This document shows, piece by piece, positions 61,552-64,000 of a stretch of 64,000 nucleotides of DNA. How positions within the stretch are numbered: position 1 is the stretch's first letter; each line of letters opens with the position of its first letter. Source of the DNA: Takakia lepidozioides (Eukaryota; Plantae; Bryophyta). The translations under genes were made by a program, and so were the position numbers. The stretch covers positions 27,032,001 through 27,096,000 of the forward strand of contig CM060732.1 of the NCBI GenBank assembly GCA_030704615.1, given 5' to 3'. The notes beneath the pieces were generated by a model, which worked only from the letters and a program-made list of their open reading frames with translations, ran no database searches and was not told the origin of the DNA.

Positions 61552-63770
61552 TCAAGCAGTCCGACCAGTATCCTGCCGTAGGGCCTTGTGCAGCTCGTTG
61601 AAACTCAGTGTTGGAGCATGGATGAAGACGTCCACTGCGGATATGCAACTCATGCGCTTCAGAAAAATGTAATAAAAGTGTTTGCAGGGGACGTATGCTG
61701 CATTCTTTGATTCCATAACAAGGAAGTCCTCACAGTTGCAAGCTGGGTACTGTGAAACCGTGATTGCATACACGACACTGCGCGCAGCAGACCCGGCTGT
61801 TGACAACTGAAATATGCGCCCCATCCCGGGGTGAGGAACATCCCTGCAACCTTGCACTATGCAGGGCATTGCAAGAGCGTTGGCCATCCTGGTGTCGTTC
61901 GCCTTTGTTGGTGGCCGCCGTCTTTTCAGTTTCCCCCACCGATGGGTGGGCCAAGCTGTGGGGTCACCCACCGATATGCGGGGCAAAGAGCTTCTCGTGG
62001 GAGGAGGATGACGACTGGGAATTGGATTTTGTGGAACGTCTGTCCTCTCCACCAGTCGAAACCCTGCACTTCCTAGAGCGTCTGCCTCCTCCAGGGTAAG
62101 ATCTATACCAGTTGCCACAGGCCAGACTGCCGGTGGTTCAGGCATGCCTTGTACACCATACTTGGGCTTGCCGAACACACACGACATGACGTCGTGCCTG
62201 CAGAATCAAAACTCCTTTAGTGTGGCCTCCACAAACTTTGCGCACACAAATCTCCCTGTGAAGCAAGGGGCAGGCACACCGCCCTGCGGGCTCCTCCGAA
62301 TCATCTCATTGCATCTCTGGTTGGTGTCGACACGAACAGCACAACATTTGCCAGGAAATGTCGGACGGGTCCGTGCAATTCTCCACTGCGAGGCCGACAA
62401 ATCTTGCTCCACGATTGGAATGTTGTATTGGGTAACAAAAATAGGAGCAACATGCTCATCCTCGGCATGTTGTCCCGAGTCTGGCAGCGATTCCATGGAT
62501 GCTGCAGCAGAGGGGGTACGAGTCCTACTTCGTGGAGGCGTGGGACGCAACATCGTTGCGCCCCGAGGTTGAGTGCGGATGTTCATATCTGATCTCCATG
62601 AATCCCCGTCCCCTCCGGGCATGTCCTCAATTCTTCTCTTCACCGGCCGGCTGCGGACATCGCCCTCCAGGCAGTTCCCCCGACTGTATAACGGCGTTGA
62701 CCTTATTGTTTCCCGCAATGCAGCAGTCCATTTTTTGGGATCGGTCGAACGATGCGCCGCCCTCATCAGCATCTCCTGCATGTCTGGTCCGATACCCCAT
62801 TGCTTTCCTTCCAGAAACTGGTAGTAACGAGATTGTTGCATGATAGCCCTCACAATATCTTCTGTTGTTGCTGTCAACATGTCAACGAGATGTGTCACAG
62901 AGGAAGCACGCCAAGAAGAGTGCACCGATTCGGCCATGTTTGTCGTCGGCATATCCGTGTCATCCTCCAAACTCATGTCCTGTTGAAGGAAATTAGAAAT
63001 GTCACTGATTGTGGAGAATGTCCAAGCACAAAACAGAACAATTGTCAAGTACAAAAATGTGTTATCTATCTCATGTAGTCTCCAAACTGGTGGAATCTAT
63101 AGTGCCACCACGCAAGCCACGTTTGCAGTTCTGGCTGATCTTTCACATCCACTGCCCCTGAAGACACCCACCAGGCGCGTATGGTTGCAAACTCGGTCTC
63201 CGCCTCATCGATGGAATTCGCATTTTTTCACGCTAGGCACATACTGATATGATCCTGCTGGTGGCGTGACGCCACAAACCTTTTCGTGTTTTGCGTCAAA
63301 CTCTGCATGAAGTGGAACCCGCAAGATCTCTCATTCCCTTCCATTGGAGTCTTTGGGTCATCCCTATATACCCTCCTAACTGCAGCCCAGTTCGCCTGGG
63401 CATTGTCAGCCATGAAGCCCCTAAAATCGGGAGGGGGCAACTTGGCTCTCGCCATTTGCTCATTAATTCCGCGCCACATATGCAACTCCGAATCTGTGTC
63501 TTCTCCCTTCATTTCGCAGATAGCAATGGTCATCAACTTTCTGCAATGTGGGTTGTATATATGTGCCCCCATTGTCACCCAATCGTGGTTGGTAATTCGC
63601 GGGATGTGGTCGAACATGACCCAGCAATTTGAGAGGTCTCCACTGGTCATCCGCTTCACCAAATCGACGCCGCTCCCCGGTCCGCACGTTGACATCTTAA
63701 ATATGAAGCACCTGTCGTCTCCGAGCCTTGACCAGGAAAGAAGCTGCCTTGGATGAAGTCGTAGCCGCAT
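61552..63770 (-). pseudogene. Second, diverged MULE transposase copy (DDE core and SWIM), degenerate and 5'-truncated
   Basis: Paralogous to 8169-10330: FDHIPR, FMADNAQAN, CGFH, TNMAESVH, CNCEDF..CKHFYY. Same intron position (acceptor 62980-62981) but donor mutated; frameshifts near 63230 and 62200. Confidence 0.88.
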
Positions 63771-64000
63771 ATGCGCTTCACTTTGGCCAAAAGAACTTAC
63801 AACCTAGCTCAATAATCCACAGGCCCTGCTGTCAAAGATCAAAAGGTAGGGTATGGTTTGTATGCAAGCCTCAGGAAACAGGCCAGACAGGCCGAGCTGC
63901 GCATCGACGACAGAACGACAAAGGCCAAAACGCAGGCTATAACATGCCAAACCAGGGGCAGTCGGGTTGAAATCAGGGCTGCAGGCAGCAGCCACCTCAC

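Overview
Eukaryotic genomic DNA from a land plant, most likely non-seed/bryophyte-type (inferred from the TE lineages). About 80% is nested, partly scrambled transposable elements. Two intact host genes sit tail-to-tail in the middle: a 4-exon U-box/ARM E3 ligase (PUB4-like, 36524-40817, +) and a 5-exon 40S ribosomal protein S5 (43021-44502, -). TEs: a Ty3/gypsy element with a PHD-finger integrase and an inverted RT-RNaseH block; chromovirus and other gypsy fragments; a complete 9.5-kb CACTA element with a GCC target duplication inside an L1-like LINE that has a 5' inversion; a tRNA-derived SINE; a TTAA-flanked piggyBac-like MITE; an RLE-type non-LTR fragment; and two Mutator-like (MULE) transposases with a SWIM finger (copy 1 also retains a GCM-like zinc domain). 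Top finding: directly downstream of MULE copy 1, on the same strand and apparently inside the same insertion, is a spliced 4-exon gene for a prokaryote-type circularly permuted (beta-class) N6-adenine/N4-cytosine DNA methyltransferase fold with a non-canonical catalytic loop (DIPD). An array of palindromic TTGCGT-nn-ACGCAA sites separates the two genes. All family assignments come from motif recognition by eye; no database searches were run.
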